64,000 nt of DNA from Spizellomyces punctatus DAOM BR117. Its lineage: Eukaryota. The stretch lies in NCBI GenBank assembly GCA_000182565.2, contig KQ257452.1. One strand, written 5' to 3'. This document shows positions 36,010 through 50,850 of this stretch, in pieces. The translations under genes were made by a program, and so were the position numbers. Position 1 is the first letter of the stretch. Each line of letters begins with the position of its first letter. The notes beneath the pieces were generated by a model that was given only the letters and a program-made list of their open reading frames with translations, was not told the origin of the DNA and searched no databases.

Positions 36010-38533
36010 TCAGCTTCCGGACGCTTGTGCATGTTTAAACGACCCCATTTGAGCTGCTTGATACAATTCTGGCACAAGGGTTGCGGGCGTGGGCGGAGGA
36101 CTTGGTCCTAACCAGTCGCACAGCCCGCTGGGATCGCCTGGGGTAACGGCTTTCTCCGCAATACCTTTAATAATTGTCCGAAAAGTCTGGGGAATGTTAC
36201 TTTGCGATGTTGTTACTTTCCCCGGTTTATCACGAGGGCCGCTGATATTAGCTGTCGTTTTGGTACGGAGGTGGCAGCCGCGGTTTTTATGTGGATAGGA
36301 AGGAAGCGAGGATGAGGGATGCGCTTTACACGTGGTTCGGGGAGGTGTAACCTGGGAGCCACGGAAAGACGTTCGCTCTGGAGAGGGGAAGCGTTTGCCT
36401 ATATGGGCCTTCTCCCCAGTCACGCGTACTGTGTTGTCATCCAACGGTCTATCCGACTGAACTGGTAGAGTGCATGCGAGTTGAGCGGTCAAGCATAGTA
36501 GCTCGGGACTACAATCCCGGACTTTCCCAAGGATTGAGTACAAACGAGAAAGCTTGACGTCAATATCAGTCTGAGATCGTATACCAGGATCAGACATGCG
36601 GATAATTTAAAAGCTGGGTTCGCAGCACAACGAGCAGGCTCACCTGTAGTCTCATCAATTTGTCCCGTACATCATCCGCCACTCGATCCCTTCCAGTTTT
36701 CCCAAAGCCGATCTTAAGCAGCGGATGCCACCGTTCGTCAGGAAGGATCCTCTGGTTAATTATCAATGTGGCGCGCTTTGCGGGGGTCTTTTTGGAAACA
36801 TATCTATCCGGATGCACTTCAAAGTGTGCCTGATATCGCTCCGAATCTTCACAGCACCCACTGATCAGATCGTCAAAAATTACAGCCACCACCCCGCCGA
36901 CACCCTGATCTGGATGGAAGCCCACTTTGATATTCCTTGCTGAATCATCAGATTTGGTGCTTCCCGACTCCACAAGATCGACACCGTGCATCATTGTCTC
37001 AAAGCGCGACTCTGTGAGGTCCTCGGAGGTGAAATGGAAAAATGGACGCGTTGGATGATGCAAAGTCAGGATGTACGCTGACCGTGCTTTGCGAAAGATA
37101 GTGAGAATGTACCGCTCGGCTTCTGGCTTGAACTCGCCAATAGAACCCGTGTTGAACCATGTTGCATGACCGTCATCCTGCGAAGCTTGTGGCCACCTTT
37201 GCCCATGAACATATAAGGGCAGGGACTTGGCCTGGAGAGCTACACAATTTTTGTTATTCGTGAATAGATGCAGCGTGCCCTTAGATTGAATGGCATCCGT
37301 ACCCTCTAGTTCATCATATCGCTTCTGGGTGGCGAGCACGAAAGCTTTTTTTCTGGACGGATCAGATAAGCTTTGGTGTTTGTCGGTTGGACCCAAGTAG
37401 TCCTGTACTGCCTGCATCCAATCAGGTGGTTGGTTCACTATCACCTCGTCAGAGTTGCATGTGTTATTAAGCAGGATGCTAGGCTCGTGACGGCTAATGA
37501 CCTCTAGGGTCTGAATGAGGCAAGTGGTAACTTGATCATGATGTGCCTACAAGGCGATTTCTGTTATTATATAAAAAAAAAAAAAACCTTGTGTTCCGGT
37601 AACAGTTTACGAAAGGTCTACCCACCTTGAGGAGTAAGAAATCATTTTGCACAACTTCCTGCAGCTGCTCCCATTTTACGGCATTCAATTCCAGCTTCAG
37701 CAGCTGGACACGCCGGTATCCGCGTATAGTTTCGAAAAATGTGAGAACAGAAATTCGTTCCGACTTTATTGTATCCAACCTGGTTGTGAACCTCATGTAT
37801 CATGCACTGCATGAGTTTCTCTTGCGTGCATATCGTATCAATTCTACGCATTCAGCTCACCTTTTTGGCTCCGCGACACAAGCATTGATCCGTTCCTTGA
37901 GCATACCTCCAAACTGCAAAAAAAGATCTTCCCCTCTCTCTGTAGCATCCCATCCAGCGCTTTTGGCCAAGGTCCGAAAGCTGAACGGCGTACACGAGTA
38001 TGTCCATCGGGCAAATGGATCTTTCGTATCTACGAGGTTGATGATGTGTTGTTGAGGAAACGGGCCCGGTGTAAAGGAATTGACCGAGATTCGGAGGTGA
38101 ATGCAGCCGGTAACAGTTTGTGCTACAAAGTTCTTCATCCAGGTTGACGACTGGACTACGGTGGTCATCATTAGCCACACCCCCACCTTCAAATATGTCT
38201 TCGTAGCATACCATCATCATCCGCCAGGCACAGAGCCTGTGGATCTCTTATTCGATCCCAATAGTTATTGAACGACTTTTCAGCATCCTTTTTGGTCACC
38301 CTACTAATCGGAACTTTGCGCGCAAACGACGGATATATGTGCGTGTGCAGAACACGACTCCGCGGTACGGTAGGCTTATGACCTATGGGGGGAACAAAGC
38401 CGGTTCCTAGATCATAACTTAGATCGTTCCTTCTTTTAGAACTGGAACTAGAAGCTGGTATTATAAATGGGTCTGGCGAAGGCGGTCGGAGCATGATGAG
38501 ATATGACAAGTTGGGAGTGGTCTGCCTTAACAT
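36010..38533 (-). CDS. Protein with two tandem SAS-6/SAS6L-like head domains, 5 exons
   Basis: Repeat 1: DTKDPFARWTYSCTPFSFRTL..LKERINACVAEPKR|FTTRL..VLTFFETIRGYRRVQLLKLEL..LLLK|AHHDQ..RHEPSILL. Repeat 2: TRPFFHFTSEDLTESRFETMM..DDLISGCCEDSERYQAHF..ATLIINQRIL..PLLKIGF..MRLQ|TDID..RDCSPELL. Confidence 0.6.
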
Positions 38534-38914
38534 GTGAACTGGACGCGACGCGTATGCGCAGGCTTACGAAGAAGGACGTCCCACCCGCACTTTACGCATG
38601 TATTTCTTCTTGAAGCTGAACAGTTCTACGGCATATCAACCGCACAAGCAGCTTTCTGGTATTCTAATTGTCTGATTTCCATGCTTTTCGCGGGATGTTT
38701 ACCGAGAGACGGCCGGATGTTGTCACAGATGTGGAGTCTTGTTTAAGGGAGATCGCGGGGCTTAGCATATCACGTAAGCCTGTTGGTCATCCAGAAGCTC
38801 ATTATTACCACTCTGCTAGAATGCTTTTTACAGCTGAATCCAAGTGTCACCGATCTGTAGGATCAAGCACTTGTCTTAGGTTATAGGAAGAGTTCTGAGC
38901 ATTTCCATCGGGAC

Positions 38915-41900
38915 ATGTCAAGTCAAGATGATTCAGAAGCGTTCCATCTTAAAAAGTATCTCGCGAAATCTCTTCATATATACCCTACTCGGGGCAAAAG
39001 TATATTAAATAACATCTTCTCCATGTTCTCTCATATCAGGAAGATTATACCAGGTCATATCGATGTCCATCCGACAGACAGCGCCATCGTTGTCCATTAC
39101 ACGGTGCAGGCCAGTATACTTGGGGAAAACGGTCAACCCGTAGTCGACGACCGGAAAACATTGCAGAAAATGTAGGCGGCACCCTTATTTCTTTCCAGAC
39201 ACTACCTATCATTCCTCTGATCATTGATGCTATTACATTTAGCGTTCGAATAAAGGCTCTCCATCCCGGATCGAATCTCAGCGCCCTAGCGCAAGAAGTT
39301 GTAGACAAATGCAAATTGATTAGTCCATCGAAAACGAGGGAGGTGGAACAATTATTGTATTATCTTCAGCAGAGACAAGGCGGTGACGATGAAGGGGGTG
39401 AGGATCTCAAACAAATGATAACTTTGACGGTTGTCGCGAACTAATAGTCTCCTCATGAAGGCATGGTTTCTGATAGAGAATGGCTTCGCCGACAACTCGA
39501 AAACCAAAAGAAACAGGAAGAGCCATTAAAGGTGGAAGAGCCAGAGGTGCGTGACTGCGGTACAATACGTAGGACAGCGTAAAATGACTTCATATTTAAC
39601 TCACTCTGTGTTTCACCAGCTGGAAGCTCCGTCAATTGCAAACGTCGAGCAATACATCGAAGGTCTGTACGAGGATATCCCCGACAAAATGAAGTCTACT
39701 CGTTACGTACTGGAATTAGCCAGGCAACCGGAAAATCTGGAAGTCCTTGTCACGAACGGTACGCCACTTTAAAGTCTTATGAAACATTACAAACGTACTC
39801 ACCGAGTCAAATTGAATACCGTATATACAGATGCTCTCATGAGCGCTCTCTCTCGTGTCCTTCGCGAAGACAACAGGAAAAGCACAGTACTCAATACGAA
39901 CATTATCACGATCTTCTACTGTTTTTCTCAATTTCTTCAATACCATGGTGTTATCACCACCCATAAAGTCGGTGACATGTGCCTGAGAATCATTGAAATG
40001 GAAATGAAGAGGTTTGAAATGTGGGTAGGAGATTTGAAGACCGTCGAAGAGAAATGTGAGTCCAGGATAGAAAACCTACCAAATAAAGTCTACTTGGGGC
40101 TGATTTAGCAACTCTATAGGTGCGCGGAATCCGACAGATAAAGCACTAATAGTCGATGCGGAGCAGGAACATCGCAAGTTTCAAGCAATGCTACAAAAGC
40201 AAGATCAGCTGTTGTTTGGTAAACTTTCATCAGGGATTCGCTCCCTTTGTCATTAACCCCGCTGACATCTCACCAACTGTACATCAGTGTCCTTTCACCT
40301 CCTATTCAATCTCGCTCAAGACCTTACCATCGAGCCCAAAATGGTTAAAAGAGGTATTATCAAACTTCTTGTCACCGTGTTGGACCGGCAAACGCCCGAA
40401 CTGTTGATTTTGGTGATCGGTTTCTTAAAACGGTTGAGCGTGATTCGGGAAAACAAAAATGAACTGGTTGCGGTATGCCTCTCTAGTCCAATTCTCTGCC
40501 TAGCTTGCTTCTTACAATTATGACACCAGATGGGTGACGAATTTCTCTCTAAAGTGGACCGGCTGATTCCGTGTGACCATCCTGTTAGTACCTATACCTT
40601 TTGTATTTTCTCCCGTCCAGGATATACAAATATCAACCTAACCTTGCCTCAGGTGGTTCAAGAACTTGCGCTCCGCCTCATATTCAATTTGAGCCATGAT
40701 GCCGCTTTCAGATCCCTCCTTCTACGAAAGAACTTTCTACCAAAAATCGTCGCCCTGCTCCATTCCTCCGTCACAAGTGGTGCCTCTAAAAACATCCCAG
40801 AACTGGTGTTAGAGGTCCTCTATATGATGAGCTTGGATGACAAAGGGCGAGTCGGACTCGCCGGAGTAGATGCGGCAAGTTTGGTATGTCCACTGTGAAC
40901 CTCGGCTTCGATTGTCAAGCCAATGCGTAATGCCGAATTTGGGTTTTGGTAGCTTCTACGCTTAATTCTCTCCCAACCTTTAACACCCATATCTTCCTCC
41001 CAATCTCCCGAACGTCTTGCGCTCATGGCCCTTGGCGTTAACCTATCAATGCACCCTCGCACCGTACCACCCCTACTGGCGGACAATAGCTTGAAATTTT
41101 TGATGAAGCGGGTAATGAAGACGAAGGACCCACTACTCATAAAGATGCTGCGAGGAGTCGCTGGCTGTGGGGATTCGGGCAGGATGTCCTTTTTGGTGAG
41201 TATGCATATTTCGCCGGAAGGGCCGCCTTGTTGTAACCTCTTCATATCGGTATGACACAGGACTACATTGACGACATAATGCATCTTCTTTTGAAAAACG
41301 CAAACCATGATGAAGTCTTGGTTGAGGTTACTGGCCTACTGGCTGCCCTCAGTATCCCAGATTTTGACTTTGCAAAACTAGCAGAAACGTATAATCTCCT
41401 CGATTTTATATCTGGGAAACTCCAAAGATCAATCGCGGCGGTTACAGCGGCCACAAGCGGGAACGGCGGGATTTCTGCTGCAGGAGGTGGCGGAACAGGC
41501 GGCGGGTTGGCAGAGGATGACGACGTCACTTTGGAAATCGTAATTTTGCTTGGGACCATGGCTAATGATGAAAACATTGGGCCAATGGTCGCGAGAACAG
41601 GCATCTTGCCATTGCTCATGGAATTAATGATTGGTAAGACGGGTTGCAATTCACCACCACAGTAACCACAGAGTGTCTTTCTCAACCATACGCATCCATT
41701 GGCATGCTCCATATTCAGCAAAGGAAGATGATGACGAAATGATCCTCCAAATCATCTACTGTGCATATCAATTCTTGCTGTTAGATAGCACAAGAACGAT
41801 GTTGATAAACAAAACACGTAAGACCTTCTGCATTCTGCGAAGACCACCAACGCAAGAAAGAATTATCACTTACACATGATGACCCGCAGAGCTCGTTTCA

Positions 41901-42342
41901 TACCTCATCGACCTGCTTTACGACAGAAATGTTGAGATTCGGAAAATGTGTGATGTGTGTTTGGATCTCATCTGCGTAAGCCCAGTCCTTGTTTCATGTT
42001 GCGATGTAACTGTAACCCTTGGCCCACATATCAAATGCATAGGAAACTAACACCGAGTATCTGTCAAAAATTCGACATCAAAAATTTCATTATCACAATT
42101 CTGAATGGTTACATCGTATTGCCCAGTCAACCGCATCAGCATCAAGTGTTAATATGTACACAGTGGAAGATGACGCAGTAGGAATGGGATATCAGAAATA
42201 TGCCGGGGCCGGAAGGCGCGGGGCCATCGTTGATGTGAATGACGCGTGGAGTGATAGCGAGAGCGAAGACGAAAGCGATGGTGATGATTTTGGCCGGGGT
42301 ATGGTAGTAGGCGGGAACAGTGCGCTATTAGACGGCTTTTGA
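38915..42342 (+). CDS. KIFAP3: Kinesin-associated protein KAP3 (heterotrimeric kinesin-2/IFT accessory subunit), many exons
   Basis: IDVHPTDSAIVVHYTVQASILGENGQP; LAQEVVDKCKLI..VEQLLYYLQQR; YIEGLYED; LSRVLRED; LLFNLAQD; KEDDDEMILQIIYC; YLIDLLYDRNVEIRKMCDVCLD; KFHYHNSEWL. Confidence 0.93.
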
Positions 42343-42540
42343 TTTGTGCGCGGGTCGCAAGGTCAATACCGTCAGCTTTTGCACGTCCGCGGGCAAAATG
42401 GATGAAGTCTGAAACTAAACAGCGCTGATGTTAGCTGGATACGGCTGTCTCCGTTCAAACACGATCAAAGACTTCGAATATACCTCACTATGACTACCGC
42501 TTCATCACTGCTCGTCTGCCTAAACATTGCATTTGTTCCC

Positions 42541-43932
42541 TCAAAAGTTGTATCCAAGTGCCTTCCTTGTCTCCTTAGACATTCCTTCCAATATAGGCCG
42601 TTCCCACAAGTCAATCGCAGTACTGGCTACCGCATCCATATCTACATATCGGTCAAGCTGGTAACAATACTGCATTAACATACGCAGATCCTAGAACTAT
42701 TGGTTTTTTGCTCTGACTAACCTGCTGCAGAAGTTTCATCAATTCGGTACTGCTCCGCGTGGTCTCAATTTTACGTTTGCAGGCCAATAGCAGACTTAAA
42801 CCAAGGTAGGGAAGAATAGCGGGGGCACCCCCTAATAGAATATCCCATATTCTGTTGAGGTAGACAGAGATTCCGTGTAAGGATCAGGTAGTTTAGCAAC
42901 GGTAGTACCCGCTAATTACCCCTCTAGACAATCTGGCGGGAGCACACTTGTAAAGTACGTTCGAAACCAGCTGTTCCATTTTGAAAAGTTGTTATTGCAC
43001 CGAGACTGTCCAACTGATCGCTTGAACACTTGCCTGTGACAGTAATGGTCAAGCCCCGATCCGAATGAAAGAATGTGATCAAGGAGCCGTTCATTTTGAG
43101 TTCTTAGCAGGTTTGTGAGGACACTGATTTCAGTCCGGATCCTTTCCTGGGTTATGAATAGATCAGAAGCCATACGAGAGGACTTGGAGAAAACGTGTGT
43201 ACGCACCTCCTCATGTCCATCCTTCTCATTAATATCTTCCAGGACGCTAATGTGAAATCTCCGAACGAAGCCATCAAACAACCAGAAAGCATCAATTTCA
43301 TTGCCATCACAGATTTCTAACATGGTATTTGCAATGCCATTTAGGTGAGACGAATTACCGAAGGAGGACGCAGAAAACCCCTTTTTCAACAATTGAGAAG
43401 CGTCAAAGGTGGATGGCGGCGAAGCTCTTGGACGTAAAAATACCTCGGCAAGCTTATGCGGTGGTCGGGTATCGGATTGCACTAGCAGCATGCCAACCAT
43501 GACATTTGGTGTTGACTCTTTGTCACTGTAACAAGTGCAATTATTAGAGATATATTACACGCCAAATGAGATGTATGTTTGATGCGCTTCCCATACCGTC
43601 CACCCAGATATTTGACACATTCCTTCAGGTCTCGATACTGTTCCGCTCTTTGCTCTTCAACAAATGGCCAGACATCTTTAGACAAGGGAAGGGTGCCTAA
43701 AATAACCTTCCACACCAGAGGTCGATATGCATGAGGTATGCGGACCCAAAGGCATAATTTATTTAAGCGCTCGACATCTAAAGAAGATTACTCAGGTTAA
43801 CCTACGAACTGAATTGCGTAGTTCTTACATACCAAGGATATCCCCTTGAAGGGCATTTTCAAGTGATGGCTTGACTTCAACAACCTGTACACCAAGTGAT
43901 GAATAGTACGCTTTCCGAAAGTTCGCACTCAT
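42541..43932 (-). CDS. TBC1D7: TBC1D7 homolog (TSC complex third subunit)
   Basis: MSANFRKAYYSSLGVQVVEVKPSLE..DVERLNKLC..IPHAYRPLVWKVILGTLP..RAEQYRDL resembles the recalled TBC1D7 N-terminus ([36 protein letters not shown]); WFRTYFTSVLPPDCLE..IWD. Confidence 0.82.
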
Positions 43933-43989
43933 CCCAGCTCAGGATGCGGGAACAGGAACCGCAAGCACCATTTTCAATGACCAATTGCG

Positions 43990-43999
43990 GTCATGTGAC
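43990..43999. promoter_or_regulatory. E-box/M-box-like element GTCATGTGAC ~60 bp upstream of the TBC1D7 start
   Basis: Motif seen directly; an identical 10-mer lies at 63621-63630. Function inferred. Confidence 0.4.
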
Positions 44000-44436
44000 A
44001 TTATGAAAATAAACAAACGATTGCCGAACACAAGGCGAGAGTGTGAGCATCAGTTTGCCTATTCCTTCAAGATATTTTCTTTGATCATAAAAAGCTATGA
44101 TCCTTTCCGTCTGATAACGTTCTTTGAGCTTGACATACTCATCAGAATTGCTTCTTGTAATGAGAGTGCGGGAAACTATTGTGCATCAAGTATCGCTGTC
44201 CCACCACCTTAACATGTGGAGCAAATGCGTGCTAATATAAGCATGCCAGTTTGTTTGCGTATCAAGGTCTACTGGGCAAAGATAATCCGTCGAACCTGCA
44301 ACAAGTTGGACAAGTACGAAGCTTCTTTAAACAAAAGTTATCTTAGTCATGACTCACACAATTGCCATGGAAACATGGATATATGTCTGACGTTTCCGCG
44401 CTTAACATGCCTGAGGTGCAGTTCTACAGGATAGCA

Positions 44437-45281
44437 ATGTCTCCTCAGGCACCTCCGCCATCGTGCCCGGTAGACCATTCGTCGTCCACGCCTCCGCCAT
44501 CGGCTGAACCACCCATGTCATGCCCCATAGATCACTCAAAAGCAAGCACTCCTCAACAACCGCAACCACACCCTACCAATAATCCCCTTGCAGGACTGAC
44601 CGCCGACTCATGTCCTTACTCTGCGGAACGTCAGGAACAAGAGCTAATAGCCGAAAGTAATAACATGCCACCTCCTTCGCAGTTACCGGCACAGGACCAG
44701 AAGCAGCTCTTGAGCACTGAGAGAGAACATAGCACTATTCCTATGGGTGGACGGTTTGACGGAAAGAATTGGGTCTATCCTAGTGAACAGGTAAGAAACT
44801 GCTTTATAAAAGGGTAGCAACTGGCTTGCCGTAGTTCGTTACTCACGGTCCATCTGCGCAGATGTTTTTCAACGCCATGCGTCGCAAAAATTGGCAACCA
44901 TCAGAGCAAGACATGTCCGTCGTTGTTCCCATCCATAATGCCGTTAATGAGCAATGCTGGCGCAAAATACTGGAGTGGGAAGCTCTTTACAAATCGTCAT
45001 GCGGACAACCAAAGTTATTGAAATTCCAAGGAAAACCGAAAGATTATACGCCGAAAGCACGCATCCGATCGTTGTTGGGCTACACGCTTCCATTTGACAG
45101 GCACGATTGGACCATCGATAGATGTGGGAAGACCGTAACATATGTTATCGACTTTTATTCAGGTGCACCAGCGAAGGATGGGGGAGTCAGCTTTTATTTA
45201 GACGTCAGACCAAAGCTAACGGTGGACGGCGTGAAGGACAGAATAAAAATGTGGTGGTCGACCGGGTCCGGATTGTGGTAA
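44437..45281 (+). CDS. Holocytochrome c/c1 synthase (heme lyase)
   Basis: N-terminal CP heme motifs (SCPVDH, SCPIDH, SCPY); REHSTIP; NWVYPSEQ|MFFNAMRRK; IHNAVNEQCW; PFDRHDW; YVIDFY; LDVRP. CYC3 versus CYT2 not resolved. Confidence 0.93.
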
Positions 45282-45333
45282 ACATTCTTTTTCTGATACA
45301 TAATATATTTAATTTGTGTCCTGTGCACCCATA

Positions 45334-46872
<1,539 letters not shown>

Positions 46873-47048
46873 GCTGCAACGCGTGACAGGTCCGCCTGAG
46901 TTAATGTAGCTGATAATTGGTCGATTACCAGGTCTGACACTGATGGCAACGGTGCAAGTAACCCAACGAGTCTGGCACTGTCATCGCAAGGATCACGTGC
47001 ATAGGTGGTTTAGCCTCGTGTGAAGTTTATTTATTGACTTTGGCAATG

Positions 47049-48832
47049 TTATCGCAGATGGATCGAGGCAAGGACATTGCCGTGCTCAAGCTGCCTTGCA
47101 AGCTTATCAATAAATCCATTAGTATGGCCACCCCTCCTCTCCTCGTGCTTGCCTATGAATATTATTGACACGACTATTCGCGGCACAACGCGAGCAAGAA
47201 TGTACGTGGCGTTGACCTTCTTATCGTAAAAGTGAACTGGTTTGCCTTTTGACCGCGGTGTACTTGCAGTTGACTTTTTGAAGTAAGCTGTCATGAGATT
47301 TGAATAGTATCCTCCGGATAGCCGATCGTTGCGTGTAGGATTATTGCCACTTGTCGCGGGAAGCAGTTCTTGCTGCAGGATAGATATCATATTCGGCCAA
47401 TGCTCCATCGGAGGGTCCTGAACGGCGTACATCACTACTTTGCTGACGCATCCGATAATAAACAAGTAACAAATATTTCATTTCAATGAATCTTACCGAT
47501 GGAACACTGCATATAGCAGGAAAAGATTGTATTCCAGTCAGCTGCTCATTCGTGGTCCGCTTTGAGCATGTGTAACCCTCAGCGCAAAACGGAATATTTG
47601 GTCGAATCAAGTATATGAGGGAAATATTGAAAGCACTAGTATGTCGTCGATAGTGCGCCAATCTAATTTGGGCGTTAGGAAGGTCATAAATCTTCCACAA
47701 GAATTCAATTTAATGCTTACAAATGCAAAGCGGGTCCCACCGCATCGGAGTTTCCATCTGCGATCGGCGAAAGAGGGACTAGATGGACTCGTTTTTCCGT
47801 AATAATTCGATGAAAGAATATGGCGATCTTATTTGCAACAGAGAAGGCGAATCTTCTCATGAAGGAAAGGAGTTCCCTGCTGCAATTCAGTTTCTTGTCA
47901 CCGGATGCATGATTTCCCTTTAGCTATCAATTTTCAAGAGTCATCGGATCAATTCGGATCTCTATGATCACAACAGGAGTATATAACATGGTCTCACGTT
48001 TCCAATAAGGATGGACTCCCATTTGCGAAGACTGTCGTGCGCCACAAAAAGATGAAATGAAGCGTCCTTGAACGAATACTGTTCGATAGCCAGTTCGGCT
48101 AAGAGTAGGTGGAGCATAGATCGCACTTCCAACCTGAACTCGACAACATCAGCTTGATGAAAATGAAGAAAGATCTCCATTATCTGCTCACCCGAGTACA
48201 TGTACGGACTGCCCCAACGTGCGCACCATGAAAGGAAGATCCAATTTGCTGATGACGTTTACATCGGCTGCAAGACGTTCACATGTTCCTTCATCAAGAA
48301 AATCGAATGAGCTGAGGGTTTGATAACTATGAGAAAGAGATTAATCGTCAACCACACGCCACCAAAATGCAGACAGCTGGACGTACACTTTGACCATCTT
48401 CTCACGGACATCGCACCACATGGTCAAACTTTGGAGGACAGCTGTCGGTGGAAGATTCACATTGTTTTCCATGCTCTGCAGCTGGCTTATCGCTAGAGTC
48501 ACTTCATGGTAAGCTGCTTCCAGATTCTAAGATGTGTTACTTCTCAGATCAGAGAGTTCATTTTATGAGCCACTTATGTTGTCTTTCCTCCACGTACATC
48601 ACGTCGGAATAGTCTTTGTCGCAAGAAGCTGAATGCGACATATGCTTGCTCGTACGCAGCCAAAGAAGTTATAATTCGCAGTACCCCCGGCTCCTTCAGA
48701 ACTTTCCCGTCAATAAGTGTCTACAGCACATCGCAGACCTCCTAGCTGGTTTACCGGGATCTGGGAGGTGACGCCAGACAGTCTTGATTGATCTAGCTTG
48801 ATGATAGCATCGATGGCGGTTTGCAGATCCAT
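47049..48832 (-). CDS. KICS2: KICSTOR subunit KICS2 (C12orf66) homolog, multi-exon
   Basis: LAAYEQAYVAFSFL; LTGIQSFPAICSVPS|DPPMEHWPNMISIL; PVHFYDKKVNATYILARVVPRIVVSIIF, resembling recalled C12orf66 ([39 protein letters not shown]). Confidence 0.75.
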
Positions 48833-48962
48833 GGCTGGCAGTCATAATCTTATCCGATGGCCATATTTCGTCATACCACTGTCTCCCCCAAAAGAGTGTC
48901 CATCGTGCGCGGGATGACAGGTACAGGTAAGCATTCGCTCGCATTGCGTCTTCGCACTTCAT

Positions 48963-48971
48963 GTCACGTGA
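48963..48971. promoter_or_regulatory. E-box/CLEAR-like element GTCACGTGA in the KICS2 / mitochondrial carrier divergent promoter
   Basis: Motif seen directly; the same core recurs in other intergenic regions. Function inferred. Confidence 0.4.
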
Positions 48972-49142
48972 TGAGAACCTCGCATCACGGGGACATCCAC
49001 GTCATAGGCCTGCTGGGGGTGTTGGTGCGGATCTTACACATGTAAACTAATTCTACCTGTACCTGTGGTATATACGTTTGCACCTGGTTTGGAATTTGCG
49101 GAGGGTTGCAGATAGAGTTTGACTGGACGTGGATCAACAAGG

Positions 49143-50640
49143 ATGGAGAAAACAGTTGCTCATGAATCACCTGTGCATGTGCGTAAGCACATGCACTTCC
49201 CAATCACAATGTAAGGAGATGCCGCTAGCAAGGTGGCTGCAGTCCATTTTCCTTTTCCTTTACCTTTGATCACCTTCAAGGTACTCGGTCCATTCTAACG
49301 TAGCGTCTTCCTTCCGCATGTAGTCGGGATGAGAACCTTCGACATACTCTCGCAGGAGCCGCAGCAGGATTGGTATCCTCTGTCCTTGTATGTAAGTGGA
49401 GCTGTGATTACATTGATAAATGTAATAAGTAGTTTTTAATCTTGATGGTGCGTAGGTCCACTTGACGTTCTGAAAATTCGGCTACAGAATCAAATCGTGA
49501 AGCCCGGACAAATAGCAAAGTATCGGGGCACCATATCCGGATTGGAAATAATATGGCGGGAAGAAGGTTTACGTGGCCTATTTCGGGGATTGGGCGCAAC
49601 AACAGTGGCGTACATTGCAGATCGAGCAATATGGTTTGCATCGTACAATCGAATAAAGGAGCAATTGGCGAAGGTTGCAGGTGGGTAACCTTGGTGTTCG
49701 TGTTTTTTCAGCATGGTTCTACATTGTCTATTAATTAGGCCGGTCGCCCGATGATGCTGGTACCATTGTACATCTGAATGCATCCGTCGCTGCGTCTTTG
49801 CTGACAATGGCCTTTGTTAACCCTCTTTGGGTCGTTCGGACGCGAATGATGGTATGGACAACCTGACACGATGTATAGAGTAGGAAACTCCTTAACGCTC
49901 CTAAATTGCATAGGTTCAGAGTAGTGTTGCGAATGAAAAGTCTCGGTGGCATTACACGTCTACTTGGAACGCCCTCAGCAGTATTGTCAAAGCGGAAGGG
50001 TTTGGAGCGTTGTACAAGGGCTTCACCCCATCTCTACTGGGCATCACTCATGTGGCAGTTCAGTTTCCACTCTATGAAAAGCTGAAGGTTCTCATGCGAG
50101 GTATATTTACAATCTCCACGCTTGATTTCTGTTCCGCGACTTGTTCAATTAAAACAATGGTTCGCAGAGTTTGAGAAGAAGAGAGGACCGCAGGAGAATG
50201 ACTTGAGCGCCTTTAGTATCTTGGTCGCAAGTGCAGGATCAAAAATGGTCGCGAGTATAGCCACTTATCCTCATGAGGTAGATCGATGATGACGCCGATC
50301 AGGAAACTCTGGATGGAGCTAACGTGAAATTGTTGTGCGATTGTAGGTTCTCCGAACCAGATTACAAACCCAATCCGCACGGCGGCAGCTCACTCATATA
50401 CCCGACAAAATATGCGAAGGGCCCAACTGTCCCCCACCCGCACCGCCACCCCCACCAAAGACTGGACCGAAATATCGCGGTCTGATACATGCAACTAAAG
50501 TGATATTGAAGGAGGAGGGGTGGCATGCATTTTATCGGGGTCTCGGGACAAATCTCATCCGAACGGTGCCAGCGTCGGCACTGTCTCTATGGACGTACGA
50601 AGTCTTGGTGCAGAAAATGGGTCATACAGATGAATCATGA
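49143..50640 (+). CDS. Mitochondrial carrier family protein (NAD+/folate/FAD carrier subfamily)
   Basis: Three carrier repeats: CPLDVLKIRLQ, NPLWVVRTRMM, YPHEVLRTRLQ; GITHVAVQFPLYEKLK; PKYRGL..FYRGLGTNLIRTVPASA. Confidence 0.9.
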
Positions 50641-50850
50641 GAGTTATAGACGTTCAACTTAGAGTTATTATCCGCAAAGATTTTGAATAGTGGAATATGT
50701 CACTCAAATATACCCATTACAAGTATAGGATAGGGACGCGCAGCACTTGCCGCGCTGTGTCAGCGCACGTCACGTGTTGCGCAACCCGCAACACTCGTTG
50801 GACGATCTTCCGACAATTGCAATTAAGACTTGCAACCTTTGAACAGTGCA

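Noticed and set aside
37572-37586. Poly(A) run as a possible retroelement tail
   Set aside because: It is a poly(T) tract inside an intron of the minus-strand SAS6L-like gene; no target-site duplication or element body.
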